Shown piece by piece: positions 20,624 to 30,350 of a stretch of 40,314 nucleotides of DNA. The stretch is from a virus. Lineage: Duplodnaviria > Heunggongvirae > Uroviricota > Caudoviricetes. The stretch is from positions 1 to 40,314 of IMG/VR virus record IMGVR_UViG_2563366990_000017, one strand, 5' to 3'. The notes under the pieces were generated by a model. The model was not told the DNA's origin. It searched no databases and saw only the letters and a program-made list of their open reading frames with translations. How positions within the stretch are numbered: the stretch's first letter is position 1; each line of letters begins with the position of its first letter. Made by a program: the position numbers and the translations under genes.

Positions 20624-21154
20624 TCACACCATTCCGGGCAAATACATTTGCACTTCATTTGCCGCTCTCTCACGTGCAACATGAAGCAATCTTTTTCGCC
20701 CACCAACGCCCCACTTAGCCATTTGGCTTGCGCACTGGCTTATCGCTTTGGTTTCAGTATTGATGATGTGATCGATTCTATTCAGACGGGACATTGCGCC
20801 AACGCCGAGACGGACAACCGTTTTGAAAACTTCATAAACTTCGATTTCAAATTCCGGCTTAATCCATGCTGCATATCTGATTGCCAGAAGTTCAACACCC
20901 CACACACCTGGTTCCGCACCACCTTTGATTATTTTAAGTGGTTGAATTTGTTCCAAAGTGCTTTTTTGCACTTTGGCCTCCAGTGCTTTTATGAAGCGTT
21001 TTATCTGCGCGCTACGCAAAAACTGGCTTGGGCGCTGTTGCTCTGTAGCCTCTCCATTTGCAACTGCTGCTGCATGGAGATCGTTTAAGTTGTAGCGTCC
21101 ATCCTCATCAACACGAACGGACACACCATTGACAATAACTGTTGGGTACTTCAT
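20624..21154 (-). CDS. KilA-N domain protein
   Basis: 176 aa. N-terminal MKYPTVIVNGVSVRVDEDGRYNLNDLHAAAV pattern is typical of KilA-N DNA-binding domains. Sits between the lysis cassette and the terminase genes. Confidence 0.65.
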   Translation of the reverse strand: MKYPTVIVNGVSVRVDEDGRYNLNDLHAAAVANGEATEQQRPSQFLRSAQIKRFIKALEAKVQKSTLEQIQPLKIIKGGAEPGVWGVELLAIRYAAWIKPEFEIEVYEVFKTVVRLGVGAMSRLNRIDHIINTETKAISQCASQMAKWGVGGRKRLLHVARERAANEVQMYLPGMV

Positions 21155-21295
21155 CAGTGGTTACCTTTTAGTGATGAACCTTGTCACACAGGATTCCGGC
21201 CCACAGAAAGGCACCGATCACCAAACCGGCATCCTCAAGGGTCATCCTGAAAGGTTCTGTGTTCAGAAGTCGCGCGTGTGAAGCGCGTTTGTTGC

Positions 21296-21325
21296 AGATA
21301 TAAAAAAGCCCCGCGAATGCGAGGC
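21296..21325 (-). terminator. Rho-independent terminator downstream of Rz
   Basis: On the minus strand: gcctcgcattcgcggggc hairpin followed by ttttttatatc. Confidence 0.5.
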
Positions 21326-21499
21326 TAAATCCTGGTGTTTGTGATGACAGGCTCTTATCTCAACGCAGCCCCTTACCGCGCGCCAGATGCTCAATATCAA
21401 GCATCAACAATGAGATATTTAATCTGGATTTACTCCAGAAGTGACCACCACCCTGTCTACAGAGCCAGATGTGAAGGATGATGAGTAAAATTATCGCTA

Positions 21500-21967
21500 T
21501 CATCGAAGGCATTGCGTCCTGATATATTCCTGAAGCGTTCTCAGTGCTGTTTGGTCGCGGATAATTCCGTCTCGGACACCGAGAACGTTTCGTCCAGCAA
21601 CTGGAGAGAGTTCGACGGTGGAATCATTGCCCATGCCGGAGGCGCCGGAGGTTTCGGCTGAGGATGGCACAGAGCATTTTCCTTTGACGAGCACCCGGCC
21701 ACCATTATCAAGCTTGCGCCGAAGAGCATCATTTTCAGCTTTCGCATCAGCTAACTCCTTCGTGTATTTAGCATCAAGTGCATCAGCATCACGCTGGCGC
21801 TGCTGCATGTCAGTAATGGTGGCGGTCGCCTGCTTCAGCTCACTGACTTTTTTATCGCGCTGTTCTTTGTAGGCGATTGCATTATCACGGTAATGATTAA
21901 CAGCCCATGACAGGCAGACGATGATGCAGATAACCAGAGCGGAGATAATCGCGGTGACTCTGCTCAT
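21500..21967 (-). CDS. Rz: Rz i-spanin
   Basis: N-terminus [31 protein letters not shown] is lambda Rz-like. ATG overlaps the R stop. Confidence 0.85.
   Translation of the reverse strand: MSRVTAIISALVICIIVCLSWAVNHYRDNAIAYKEQRDKKVSELKQATATITDMQQRQRDADALDAKYTKELADAKAENDALRRKLDNGGRVLVKGKCSVPSSAETSGASGMGNDSTVELSPVAGRNVLGVRDGIIRDQTALRTLQEYIRTQCLR
21541..21747 (-). CDS. Rz1: Rz1 o-spanin lipoprotein, embedded in Rz in the +1 frame
   Basis: [21 protein letters not shown] has a lipobox (VAGC) followed by a proline-rich segment ([16 protein letters not shown]). Lies entirely inside Rz. Confidence 0.7.
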   Translation of the reverse strand: MRKLKMMLFGASLIMVAGCSSKENALCHPQPKPPAPPAWAMIPPSNSLQLLDETFSVSETELSATKQH

Positions 21968-22440
21968 ACCTCAATCTCTCTGACCGTTCCGCCAGACTCT
22001 TTGAATTTTGCAATCAGGTTGTCAGCCTTATGCTCGAACTGACCATAACCAGCGCCCGGCAGTGAAGCCCAGATATTGCTGCAACGGTCGATAGCCTGAC
22101 GGATATCACCGCGATCAATCATCGGCAAAGCGCCACGCTCTTTAATCTGCTGCAATGCCACAGCGTCCTGGCTTTTCGGAGAGAAGTCTTTCAGGCCAAG
22201 CTGCTTACGGTAAGCATCCCACCAACGGGAAAGAAGCTGGTAACGTCCTGCTGCTGTTGATTTGAGTTTTGGGTTTAGCGTGACAAGTTTGCGAGGGTGA
22301 TCGGAGTAATCGGTAAATAGCTCTCCGCCAACAATGACGTCATAACCATGATTTCTGGTTTTCTGACGTCCGTTATCAGTTCCCTCTGACCACGCCAGCA
22401 TATCGAGGAACGCCTTACGTTGATTATTGATTTCCACCAT
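21964..22440 (-). CDS. R: Endolysin, lambda R-type lytic transglycosylase
   Basis: 158 aa, [42 protein letters not shown]... near-identical to lambda R. Confidence 0.9.
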   Translation of the reverse strand: MVEINNQRKAFLDMLAWSEGTDNGRQKTRNHGYDVIVGGELFTDYSDHPRKLVTLNPKLKSTAAGRYQLLSRWWDAYRKQLGLKDFSPKSQDAVALQQIKERGALPMIDRGDIRQAIDRCSNIWASLPGAGYGQFEHKADNLIAKFKESGGTVREIEV

Positions 22441-22747
22441 CTTCTACTCCGGCTTTTTTAGCAGCGAAGCGTTTGATAAGCGAACCAATCGAGTCAGTAC
22501 CGATGTAGCCGATGAACACGCTCGTTATATAAGCGAGATTGCTACTTAGTCCGGCGAAGTCGAGAAGGTCACGAATGAACCAGGCGATAATGGCGCACAT
22601 CGTTGCGTCGATTACTGTTTTTGTAAACGCACCGCCATTATATCTGCCGCGAAGGTACGCCATTGCAAACGCAAGGATTGCCCCGATGCCTTGTTCCTTT
22701 GCCGCGAGAATGGCGGCTAACAGGTCATGTTTTTCTGGCATCTTCAT
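22424..22747 (-). CDS. S: Holin, lambda S-type with dual-start motif
   Basis: 107 aa, [39 protein letters not shown]... near-identical to lambda S. The MKM start gives holin/antiholin dual starts. Confidence 0.9.
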   Translation of the reverse strand: MKMPEKHDLLAAILAAKEQGIGAILAFAMAYLRGRYNGGAFTKTVIDATMCAIIAWFIRDLLDFAGLSSNLAYITSVFIGYIGTDSIGSLIKRFAAKKAGVEDGGNQ

Positions 22748-22989
22748 GTCTTACCCCCAATAAGGGGATTTGCTCTATTTAATTAGGAATAAGGTCGATT
22801 ACTGATAGAACAAATCCAGGCTACTGTGTTTAGTAATCAGATTTGTTCGTGACCGATATGCACGGGCAAAACGGCAGGAGGTTGTTAGCGCAACTTCTTG
22901 CCACCCGCTTTCACGAAGGTCATGTGTAGAAGGCCGCAGCATAACTATCACTGATGAATTCAGGATAGCCAGTGGCTACGGCTCAGTTA

Positions 22990-23065
22990 TGGTGCTGGTT
23001 AACGGACTTGAACCGCTACCCATTCGCTTACAAGGCGACTGCTCTACCATTGGAGCTAAACCAGC
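22990..23065 (-). tRNA. tRNA, anticodon UGU (Thr) by manual folding
   Basis: 76 nt on the minus strand: acceptor GCTGGTT/AACCAGC, D-stem GCTC/GAGC, anticodon loop CTTGTAA, T-arm AGCGG-TTCAAGT-CCGTT, discriminator A, CCA. One mismatch at the first anticodon-stem pair. Not verified computationally. Confidence 0.5.
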
Positions 23066-23070
23066 ATATT

Positions 23071-23145
23071 TGGCGGGACAGCATGGGCTCGAACCACGAT
23101 AAGAAGGTTAACAGCCTTCCGTAATGACCTTTATACGACTTACCC
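23071..23145 (-). tRNA. tRNA-like sequence, anticodon GUU (Asn), possibly a pseudo-tRNA
   Basis: 75 nt on the minus strand: perfect anticodon stem GAAGG/CCTTC with loop CTGTTAA, T-arm CGTGG-TTCGAGC-CCATG, 3' CCA. Acceptor stem has 2 mismatches and the D-stem is weak. Confidence 0.35.
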
Positions 23146-23208
23146 AAATAAAAAAAGCCACCGTTGCAACTTAAGAGTCACTAACGGCAGCTTACCTTCT
23201 AATTATGG

Positions 23209-23727
23209 CTAAATGGATAATTGCATGTCAAGGCTTTTAACAGCAACATGCTTAACTTTCTCAACACGTTTACGCATTTTGAAAGCATTTTGCATTGGCT
23301 GGTACAAAACAAATAACGACGCTTTCAGGATGTCGTCAATTTCGTTTCTACAGGTTGCCAGTGAAGGTTTTCTCCATCCCTCGCCACCACGTCCACACAT
23401 CTTGCGTGGCTTTGCAGTCGCGTGATAGTAGGATGCAATTGCTCGCTTAGATGAACCATGAGCGTAGTAGCTGAGGAGGATGCCAAAGGCTTTCTTGTCA
23501 ATGCACATGACGGAATCGACGACCTGAGAAATCAACATTCCATCATCATCATTGCACATTGGCCTTGTCATAACTCTTCCCGGCTCTACGCTCTCCATGA
23601 ACTTCGCTATTACGCTGCTCATGCGCTTTTCCAGACGACCTGAATAAACCCATGCGCCCCACAGTTCAAGCCAGCCATTCAGCCACTCGTGCTGCTCTTT
23701 GGTGAGGTTTAGTTCTCTTATTCCCAT
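23209..23727 (-). CDS. Q: Late-gene antiterminator Q (non-lambda Q family)
   Basis: 172 aa, immediately downstream of ninI and upstream of the tRNAs and lysis cassette. Size and position fit Q of 21/82-type lambdoid phages. Confidence 0.7.
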   Translation of the reverse strand: MGIRELNLTKEQHEWLNGWLELWGAWVYSGRLEKRMSSVIAKFMESVEPGRVMTRPMCNDDDGMLISQVVDSVMCIDKKAFGILLSYYAHGSSKRAIASYYHATAKPRKMCGRGGEGWRKPSLATCRNEIDDILKASLFVLYQPMQNAFKMRKRVEKVKHVAVKSLDMQLSI

Positions 23728-24389
23728 GCGCCTTCTCCCTGTACCTGAATCAATGTGAGATTTCCGCAGAACACTGCGCCGGTATCGATATACATCTGGT
23801 TGGAAAACTTGAGTGGTTTCACTGCTGGCGTATGACCAAAGATGAACGTGTCCGCTCCTTTGATTTCTTTCACGATTCCGTCTTGTGAGTTGCTGATTCG
23901 TTCGCGGTTCCAGATTACCTGCTGATGATCAACTGGCTTTCCAAACTCGTATTCGTCACAAGGATAATCGGCGTGGCAGATGACATATTTTTTACCTTTA
24001 CTCACCAGTTCGATGATTAACGGAAGTTCATCTGCTTTATGGGCAAGAGCTTTAGCCAGAATTTCTTTGTCGTAATCGAGATTAAAGAACCAGCCACCGC
24101 CATTAAGCAGCCAGTGATTGACGTTTCCGCGTTCTGATAAGCCATCAATCATCATTTGCTCATGGTTTCCACGTACAGCTCTGAACCAGGGGAATGTGAT
24201 TAATTCCAGGCATTCAACGTTCTCTGTACCGCGATCGGCCAAATCGCCAACCGAGATAAGCAGGTCTTTTTTGGTGTCGAATCCTATCGTCTCCAGTTTT
24301 TTCATCAGGTTCGTGTAGCATCCGTGCAGATCGCCAACTACCCAAATATTTCGGTATTTGCTGCCATCAATTCTTTCGTAATAGCGCAT
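23718..24389 (-). CDS. ninI: Ser/Thr protein phosphatase (lambda PPase, NinI)
   Basis: Start set to the internal ATG at 24389 ([23 protein letters not shown]...), as in the lambda phosphatase. Metallophosphatase motifs GDLHG, GDLADRG, GNHE. Confidence 0.9.
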   Translation of the reverse strand: MRYYERIDGSKYRNIWVVGDLHGCYTNLMKKLETIGFDTKKDLLISVGDLADRGTENVECLELITFPWFRAVRGNHEQMMIDGLSERGNVNHWLLNGGGWFFNLDYDKEILAKALAHKADELPLIIELVSKGKKYVICHADYPCDEYEFGKPVDHQQVIWNRERISNSQDGIVKEIKGADTFIFGHTPAVKPLKFSNQMYIDTGAVFCGNLTLIQVQGEGAWE

Positions 24390-24573
24390 CTCTTTCACTC
24401 CATCCGCGATGAACCATGAGAACGTCGTTGACGATGGCGTGCATTTTCCCGTCTTTATCATCAACGTATTTTCTGACCGTACCGCGACTACATTTCAGTC
24501 TGCGTGCTACTTCTGTCTGGTTTCCGTATGCTTCAACGAGCATGTCTGGAATGGTTTTTACTGAGAACGTCAT
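24367..24573 (-). CDS. ninH: NinH
   Basis: 68 aa, [39 protein letters not shown]... resembles lambda NinH. Confidence 0.9.
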   Translation of the reverse strand: MTFSVKTIPDMLVEAYGNQTEVARRLKCSRGTVRKYVDDKDGKMHAIVNDVLMVHRGWSERDALLRKN

Positions 24574-25181
24574 GCAGCCTCACTTCTGCTATTTCGCAGG
24601 TCTTTGAGTTTCTGTTGGTACTCTGCCTTGATCGCCTTGCACTCTTCGATAGTCCAGCGATGACGGTTATGGTTTGATTCGATTTCGTCTACTGCTTCCT
24701 GCCCGATGCGGCTAATCAGTTCGACGCGATACGGAACGAGATTTCCGCTTTTGTGCTGGTTGCACACCACGCATTGCTTGTGAATATTGCGTTCATCAAA
24801 TCGGAGTTGAGGTGCCGCAGCAGTTGTCCGGTAATGTCCGGCATCCCACTGAGCAGACGTGAGCGTTCCGCACGAGATACATGGTAAGTCGCGGTCTCTT
24901 TCTCTGATGAAGGCGTTTACGGCTTGTTGGGCTTGTTTAATCCAGTAACTGCGGGGCTTTAAGGCGAGTTTTCGAATCTTAAGTTTATCTTTCTGTTTCT
25001 GCTCCTCTCGTCGTCGTTTCTTCTCTGCTGCTTTTTCCGCTTTTTCGCGTTCTTTACTTCGTCGTTCGAGTGCTATCTTGGTTCCACACTCTGGAGAGCA
25101 CCACCACTGATTAGCGAATGCAGGGTGAAACCATTCCCGACATTCATTGTTTTTACATCGTCTTCGCGCTGGTTTAGCCAT
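24570..25181 (-). CDS. ninG: NinG (Rap) recombination endonuclease
   Basis: 203 aa, Cys-rich N-terminus ([12 protein letters not shown]...CSPEC) and lambda NinG-like sequence. Confidence 0.9.
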   Translation of the reverse strand: MAKPARRRCKNNECREWFHPAFANQWWCSPECGTKIALERRSKEREKAEKAAEKKRRREEQKQKDKLKIRKLALKPRSYWIKQAQQAVNAFIRERDRDLPCISCGTLTSAQWDAGHYRTTAAAPQLRFDERNIHKQCVVCNQHKSGNLVPYRVELISRIGQEAVDEIESNHNRHRWTIEECKAIKAEYQQKLKDLRNSRSEAA

Positions 25182-25350
25182 CGTCTTCTTCCTCGTACAT
25201 TGAGCTATTCGGATCGCTCATCAGTTCTGCGCAGCAATCGGCGCACACGTGAACTTCCAGCACGTGCAGCTTCTGACCGCAGTTAGCGCACGTTAAAGCC
25301 CGCTCGACGCTTTCTTTCTGGTATTGAAGAGATTGGGATGGACTAAGCAT
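25174..25350 (-). CDS. ninF: NinF
   Basis: Start set to the internal ATG at 25350 ([36 protein letters not shown]...), lambda NinF-like. Confidence 0.85.
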   Translation of the reverse strand: MLSPSQSLQYQKESVERALTCANCGQKLHVLEVHVCADCCAELMSDPNSSMYEEEDDG

Positions 25351-25750
25351 GGCTTTCACCATTAAAAAGTCGCTTGTAAGCATCAATGTCTCGTTTTGCT
25401 TCACCAAGCTTTCGTCTTAATTCCATGTTTTCTGATTCAAGCTTTTCCATGTCTTGCTGGTATCGATCGCGGTGTTCTTTCCATGCTTTTCGATACGCCT
25501 TCATGTATGTCGTATTGGCCTTTCTCTTTGCCTGACGAACTGCGTGGTGGTTTTTCACAAACCAGTCAGGGTCGTTAAATGCTGCTCTGGCGCATGTATA
25601 CCAATAATTTGTTGCCTCCCTGTTTAGCCAATAAATACTGATAAATGGCAACCGGATAGACACCATTTTTCGTTGTGACTCTTTCTCACCAAACATGTGC
25701 CCTTTTTTGATGCTAAGGCCAAATCTAGGTTGAATTAAAAGCATTGTCAT
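25343..25750 (-). CDS. Hypothetical protein with C-terminal coiled coil (135 aa)
   Basis: ATG at 25750 overlaps the ninE stop (ATGA). C-terminal heptad-like segment [28 protein letters not shown]. No lambda counterpart recognised. Confidence 0.5.
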   Translation of the reverse strand: MTMLLIQPRFGLSIKKGHMFGEKESQRKMVSIRLPFISIYWLNREATNYWYTCARAAFNDPDWFVKNHHAVRQAKRKANTTYMKAYRKAWKEHRDRYQQDMEKLESENMELRRKLGEAKRDIDAYKRLFNGESHA

Positions 25751-25923
25751 TTCCTCGCGCGTTCTCTAAGCCACCGGATATCCCACAGGTGAGCCGTGTA
25801 GTTGAAGGTTTTTACGTCAGATTCTTTTGGGATTTGCTTGCGTTTATTTCTGGAGCGTTTCGTTGGAAGGTATTTGCAGTTTTCGCAGATGATGTCGGTG
25901 ATACTTCGTCGCTGTCGTCTCAT
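25747..25923 (-). CDS. ninE: NinE
   Basis: Start set to ATG at 25923 ([29 protein letters not shown]...), lambda NinE-like. Overlaps the ninB stop (ATGA). Confidence 0.85.
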   Translation of the reverse strand: MRRQRRSITDIICENCKYLPTKRSRNKRKQIPKESDVKTFNYTAHLWDIRWLRERARK

Positions 25924-26363
25924 GCTGCCCTGTCTCCCCATCGCGCTTTCCACTCCAGAGCCAGTCGCGCTTCGTCTGACCACTTAACGCCACGCTCTGT
26001 ACCGAATGCCTGTATAAGCTCTAATAGCTCCGCAAATTCGCCTACACGCATCCTGCTGGTTGACTGGCCTATTACCACAAAGCCATTCCCGGCAAGGTTA
26101 GGAACAACATCCTGCTGCTTTAATGCTGCGGTAAACACACACTTCCAGCTTTCTGCATCCAGCCAGCGACCATGCCATTCAACCTGACGAGAGACGTCAC
26201 CAAGGCAAGCCCAAAGCTTTCGGTTTTGGTCTAAGCTACGGTTTCGTTCCTGGATGGTCACTACGATTGGTTTGGTTGGGTCTGGAAGGATTTGCTGGAT
26301 AGCTTGAATGGCGTTCTGCTGATGGATGGTGCTTCTTAGTTCAAACGTTAGTTTCCTCACCAT
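25920..26363 (-). CDS. ninB: NinB (Orf) recombination mediator
   Basis: 147 aa, ...[56 protein letters not shown]... near-identical to lambda NinB. Confidence 0.9.
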   Translation of the reverse strand: MVRKLTFELRSTIHQQNAIQAIQQILPDPTKPIVVTIQERNRSLDQNRKLWACLGDVSRQVEWHGRWLDAESWKCVFTAALKQQDVVPNLAGNGFVVIGQSTSRMRVGEFAELLELIQAFGTERGVKWSDEARLALEWKARWGDRAA

Positions 26364-26507
26364 TTACGCTCCTGTAATCGTCAAGTGCAGCTGCAATAGT
26401 CCCTATCGGGTCATGGTCTTGCCCGATAATCTCATTTACGTTTTCATCTTCTTCCACACCGAAAAAGAATCGCAGGGCTAACATGATTTCTTCGTATGCG
26501 CTCATAC

Positions 26508-26810
26508 TCACTCCTTCACTTTGACTCCAGCAGCGCGGATGGCGCTCTGCACCTCGCTTACATACAGATATGGGGTTCGCCCACTATGCATGGTAAAGCT
26601 TTCAGGCAACTCAATTTCAATAGCTGCTCGCGATGCCTGCCACGTTTGCCAGTGGCCTTGAACATCGTCCATCACGTATTGACCACCAATATCACCACTG
26701 CCAATTTCATGGTGATTTTCAGGGTAACGGATAAGGTATGAAGATTCGCCTCCACGTCGCAACCAACTTTCTTCAAACTGCTTTCTTGATTCGTCCATAT
26801 TCCTCTCCAT
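26508..26810 (-). CDS. Hypothetical protein (100 aa)
   Basis: Start set to ATG at 26810, overlapping the stop of the upstream ORF (ATGA). nin-region gene of unknown function. Confidence 0.5.
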   Translation of the reverse strand: MERNMDESRKQFEESWLRRGGESSYLIRYPENHHEIGSGDIGGQYVMDDVQGHWQTWQASRAAIEIELPESFTMHSGRTPYLYVSEVQSAIRAAGVKVKE

Positions 26811-27058
26811 CACTCGTCAATGAAAATCAGGCCTTTCGGACAGGAGTCCCAGAAGTTACCTTTGCGTTCTGTCATCGTGTACCAGAGCCCGGGATTCATT
26901 CGTCCTGTCACTCTTTTCTGTTTCACGAAGTAGGCATCGCGGCGCGGGTTGTCTTCACCGGCCACAAGGTTTCGCATTTTGTCCCCAAACTGAGGCTTTC
27001 GTCCTGCGTTAATCGCTGCCGCCTTTTCGTGAATTTCTAAAATGTGCGGATATGTCAT
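26810..27058 (-). CDS. Hypothetical protein (82 aa)
   Basis: ATG at 27058 with a strong GGAGAGG RBS. Confidence 0.5.
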   Translation of the reverse strand: MTYPHILEIHEKAAAINAGRKPQFGDKMRNLVAGEDNPRRDAYFVKQKRVTGRMNPGLWYTMTERKGNFWDSCPKGLIFIDE

Positions 27059-27086
27059 AATTCCTCTCCATCAGCGTGCTGGGGTG

Positions 27087-27356
27087 TTAAGCGTCGTCGC
27101 CCTGAACCATCACGTACTGACCGCATGAGTCGCAGCAGTACTCATTCATGCTTCTTCCATCATCTGTCCAGTTATCGCTTCCGCATTTGTTGCAAAGGAG
27201 TTTTCTAAACTGCGGCGGAGTTATTCTTACCTTTCCGAAATTAGTTACCCATTGAGTTGCATCGTCGAATCTATAACTATTAACTTTCATTTTTCTGTGC
27301 CCCCAAATAGACCTATATTTTAAATAAAGGTCAGGAGACATAATCGGCTCGCTCAC
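27087..27356 (-). CDS. Zinc-ribbon-like hypothetical protein (89 aa)
   Basis: Two Cys pairs (CNKCGSD...CCDSCGQ). GTG start at 27356 with a GAGG RBS, alternative ATG at 27341. Confidence 0.45.
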   Translation of the reverse strand: MSEPIMSPDLYLKYRSIWGHRKMKVNSYRFDDATQWVTNFGKVRITPPQFRKLLCNKCGSDNWTDDGRSMNEYCCDSCGQYVMVQGDDA

Positions 27357-27380
27357 ACTCTCACCTCTCGCTTCCGATCC

Positions 27381-27412
27381 AATAAAAAAGGGCTACTGTG
27401 TAAATAGCCCCT
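27381..27412 (-). terminator. Rho-independent terminator after the helicase gene (tR2-like position)
   Basis: On the minus strand: gggcta-(loop)-tagccc hairpin followed by ttttttatt, between the helicase stop and the nin region. Confidence 0.5.
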
Positions 27413-27440
27413 GTTATTAGCTCAGTGATGTAGATGGTCA

Positions 27441-28877
27441 TCAGAATCCTCCTTTCTTCTTGGATTGCGGTTCCTCGCGTTCACGGCGGCGCATTTCAGC
27501 GGACTGTTGGTCTGTGTCATAAATAGCGCCATTTGCCTGAATGCAATACACCGTGCCGGTATTGCCATGACGATTGAGACGAAGGATTAGTTCAGTTTCA
27601 CCAGGTGGAACACTGTCATCAAAAGCGCCTTCACGATGGATCCCGACCCAATAATCGCAATCCTGTTCAATCTGCCCTGTATCTCGTGAGTCACTTGGTA
27701 ATGGGCGTTTATTGGTTCGGCTTTCCAGTGCGCGGTTAAGCTGTGTCAGAAGCACAACAACGCAATCAAGCTCTTTGGCAAGGTTCTTCAGTCCTTTGGT
27801 GATCATGCCGTAAGCAAGGTCGTTGCGATCGGCCTTCTCAGCGGTCATTAGTGTCAGGTAATCGACCAGAATCATGCCAACACATCCTTTTTCTCGCTTG
27901 ATTCGACGGCTTTCGCTGACGATTTGAGTCAGAGATAATCCCGGCGTGTCGTCGATGTAAAGCATGTCGATTTCACTCAAGCGATTTGCTGTTTCTATCG
28001 CCCTGTTGAAGTCACCATCGTAATCACCCTGATAGCCGTCATCAGCGTCATTTGTCGCCGGAAGGTAAAAAATATTCGGATTAACACCAGACTTCTGCCC
28101 TACCAGTTTTTCCAGTATCTGATCACCTGGCATTTCAAGGCTGAACATCAGAGCGGGCTTTTTCTCATGCACTGCGCAGTTGATTGCCATCTGGCTGTAT
28201 AGCGTCGTTTTCCCCATCTTAGGGCGAGCGCCAATGACAAACAGAGAGCCTTTCACCAGACCTTTCGGTGACAGCATCCTGTCCAGCGATGGGATCCCTG
28301 TGCTCATTCCTCGTTGTTCGCCTGACGGGTCAAATCGCTTCTCAAGGTCGCTAACCCAGTCTTCCATGACCTCACCAAATGAGCGAAGGCCGCGACGCGA
28401 TCCGGTTTTTGCATGGTCTGTCAGTTGCGTGAAAATCGCCTGAATAGCTTCGTACTTCTGCATTGCAGTCATTCCGTTGCGGGAATAGAGCAATTCCGTC
28501 GCTTCAGTCATGCGGTTGATGGCGTAGCGTTCCATTGCGGTTTCACGAACCTGCATTGCATAGGCAACGATGTTTGCTGCGCTTGGAGTGTTCTTTGCGA
28601 TCTCAGCGATATAAGCAAAACCGCCAACAGACGCCGTTAACGATTTACGCTCCAGTTCATCGAAAAGCGTCAGGCCATCTACCGGCTTTTGCTCCCGGTG
28701 CATTCTGGTTATTTCTTCGAAAAGGATTTTGTGTGGTCGGCTGTAAAATGAATCGGGCTTCAGCATCGCCAGAACTTTCTGGACGCGCTCACTGCTGTCA
28801 TCATCCAGAAGCAATCCACCAATCACCGCCTGCTCTGCCTCGATGCTATGGGGCGGCGCATAAAAATTATCGGTCAT
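27441..28877 (-). CDS. Replicative DNA helicase, DnaB-like
   Basis: Start set to ATG at 28877 ([25 protein letters not shown]...), overlapping the O-like stop. DnaB N-terminal domain plus Walker A GARPKMGKT and RecA-like core. Confidence 0.9.
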   Translation of the reverse strand: MTDNFYAPPHSIEAEQAVIGGLLLDDDSSERVQKVLAMLKPDSFYSRPHKILFEEITRMHREQKPVDGLTLFDELERKSLTASVGGFAYIAEIAKNTPSAANIVAYAMQVRETAMERYAINRMTEATELLYSRNGMTAMQKYEAIQAIFTQLTDHAKTGSRRGLRSFGEVMEDWVSDLEKRFDPSGEQRGMSTGIPSLDRMLSPKGLVKGSLFVIGARPKMGKTTLYSQMAINCAVHEKKPALMFSLEMPGDQILEKLVGQKSGVNPNIFYLPATNDADDGYQGDYDGDFNRAIETANRLSEIDMLYIDDTPGLSLTQIVSESRRIKREKGCVGMILVDYLTLMTAEKADRNDLAYGMITKGLKNLAKELDCVVVLLTQLNRALESRTNKRPLPSDSRDTGQIEQDCDYWVGIHREGAFDDSVPPGETELILRLNRHGNTGTVYCIQANGAIYDTDQQSAEMRRREREEPQSKKKGGF

Positions 28878-29766
28878 CGTGTTCACCCTCACGAACTTTC
28901 AGGTAGGTATTATCGTTAAGCAGGAAATCAAATCCCTTTTTGTGCCAGACGGTTCCGCGCTGATGGTTTGGGCGCTCTTCGAACATCCATCGGCAATTTT
29001 CGCCTACGTAGCTCAAATAATTTCTCCAGTCCTGCACCGTGAACCCATGCCCGTCAAGCTGGCGGGTTATCACTCCGGCTTTGCGCCAGAACGTTCGGAT
29101 CTGGTTTTTACGCTTGTCATTCAGTGCGCGGATTCTTGGCGCTTCAGGAAGGATTTCGTGGTAAGCATCGACAACATCCTGACAGCTGACGGAAGGTTTT
29201 TTCTTGTCAGACTTTTTGTCTGCTGCGGTACTCTCTAATACGTCAGTATTAGAGATAATATTATTATATTCTTTATCTGTGGTAATTTGCTGGTAATCTG
29301 CTGGTACAGTATTGCTTGCAGGCATTGGTATTGCTGGCTTTGAGGTGGTGATTTGCTGGTAATCTGCTGGTACAAAATTTGACTGATAATCGTCATATTT
29401 CTCTACCGAGAAAACTGAGAATTTACCGTGTGAAACCCAGTCAATCATGCCGAGTTTTTTGAACTTTCTAAGCAGGTACTGAACGCGATCTGGTTTGAGT
29501 CCTGTTTCAAACGCCAGAGAGTTTCTACCGCCAAGTAGCTTCCCTCTGCCTACCAGAATTTCTCCTGCGTCAGTCATTACATACTCAGGCGTATGCTTTG
29601 CTTTGAGGATTAAGTGAACCCACAGATGCGCAGCTTCTGCGTCCTTGTAAAACGGCACATCCATAATTTTACGGTGCAGCAAGGCATACCCCTTACCGCT
29701 GCTTTGATGCGGTTGTTGTAGCCTTCTGGCCTCTCTGGCTTCGGCTAGATTAGATATGTTACTCAT
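28867..29766 (-). CDS. Replication initiator (O-like) containing the origin iterons
   Basis: 299 aa between cII and the helicase. Contains a tandem duplicated peptide ([10 protein letters not shown] twice) encoded by direct DNA repeats. Confidence 0.75.
   Translation of the reverse strand: MSNISNLAEAREARRLQQPHQSSGKGYALLHRKIMDVPFYKDAEAAHLWVHLILKAKHTPEYVMTDAGEILVGRGKLLGGRNSLAFETGLKPDRVQYLLRKFKKLGMIDWVSHGKFSVFSVEKYDDYQSNFVPADYQQITTSKPAIPMPASNTVPADYQQITTDKEYNNIISNTDVLESTAADKKSDKKKPSVSCQDVVDAYHEILPEAPRIRALNDKRKNQIRTFWRKAGVITRQLDGHGFTVQDWRNYLSYVGENCRWMFEERPNHQRGTVWHKKGFDFLLNDNTYLKVREGEHDDR
29285..29374. repeat. Replication-origin iterons inside the initiator gene
   Basis: Exact 24-bp direct repeat atttgctggtaatctgctggtaca at 29285-29308 and 29351-29374, with degenerate ttgctgg copies between them. 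Confidence 0.6.
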
Positions 29767-29905
29767 GACCTTTCTCCTTCTGCATCAGCTTCACTTTTTC
29801 CAACTCAGCCCGGAATCGACCAGGCTGCTTGAAGCTGGACAGGAAGCGATCACGTAGTATGTGTTTGTGAATTTTGTCCTGGTAAGGACTGAGTTGTTTT
29901 GTCAT
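29759..29905 (-). CDS. Small hypothetical protein (48 aa) between cII and the initiator
   Basis: Not in the ORF track (under 60 aa). ATG at 29905 with an AGGAG RBS 6 nt upstream; stop overlaps the initiator start (ATGAGTAA). Confidence 0.35.
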   Translation of the reverse strand: MTKQLSPYQDKIHKHILRDRFLSSFKQPGRFRAELEKVKLMQKEKGHE

Positions 29906-29937
29906 AATGACTCCTGTGGATTGATCCAGTAATGACC

Positions 29938-30231
29938 TCAGAATTCCATCTGGATTTGTTCAGAACGCTCGGTTGCCGCCGGGCGTTTTTTATTGGTGAG
30001 AATCGAAGCAACTTGTCGTGCCAATCGAGCCATGTCGTCGTCAACGACACCCCATTCAAGAACAGCAAGCAGCATTGAGAACTTTGGAATCCAATCCCTC
30101 TTCCACCTGCTGATCTGCGACTTATCAACTCCCACAGCTTCCGCTGTCTTCTCAGTTCCAAGCATTGCGATTTTGTTAAGCAACGCACTCTCGATTCGTA
30201 GAGCCTCGTTGCGTTTGTTTGCACGAACCAT
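29938..30231 (-). CDS. cII: CII transcriptional activator
   Basis: 97-aa product [63 protein letters not shown]... essentially identical to lambda CII, with the lambda-like RBS aaggaaatacttacatATG. ORF-track N-terminal extension rejected. Confidence 0.9.
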   Translation of the reverse strand: MVRANKRNEALRIESALLNKIAMLGTEKTAEAVGVDKSQISRWKRDWIPKFSMLLAVLEWGVVDDDMARLARQVASILTNKKRPAATERSEQIQMEF

Positions 30232-30310
30232 ATGTAAGTATTTCCTTAGATAACAATTGATTGAATGTATGCAAATAAATGCATACACCATAGGTGTGGT
30301 TTAATTTGAT

Positions 30311-30342
30311 GCCCTTTTTCAGGGCTGGGATGTGTAAGAGCG
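30311..30342 (-). promoter_or_regulatory. nutR (boxB hairpin and boxA)
   Basis: Minus strand reads cgctcttacaca (boxA) then gccctgaaaaagggc (boxB), between cro and cII. Confidence 0.65.
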
Positions 30343-30350
30343 GGAATGTC

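Noticed and set aside
21330-21508. 58-codon minus-strand ORF with a hydrophobic N-terminus just downstream of Rz
   Set aside because: Starts inside the Rz 3' end in another frame with no clear RBS and lies beyond the predicted terminator. Possible small membrane protein but the evidence is too weak to call.
22748-23208. Toxin or other cargo between Q and S, as in Stx phages
   Set aside because: The interval holds only the two tRNA-like sequences and about 240 bp of non-coding DNA; no ORF of meaningful length.
29285-29374. Direct repeats considered as a possible CRISPR array
   Set aside because: Only two exact copies, inside a protein-coding gene, with no spacers of CRISPR-like length and no cas genes in the window. 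They are origin iterons.
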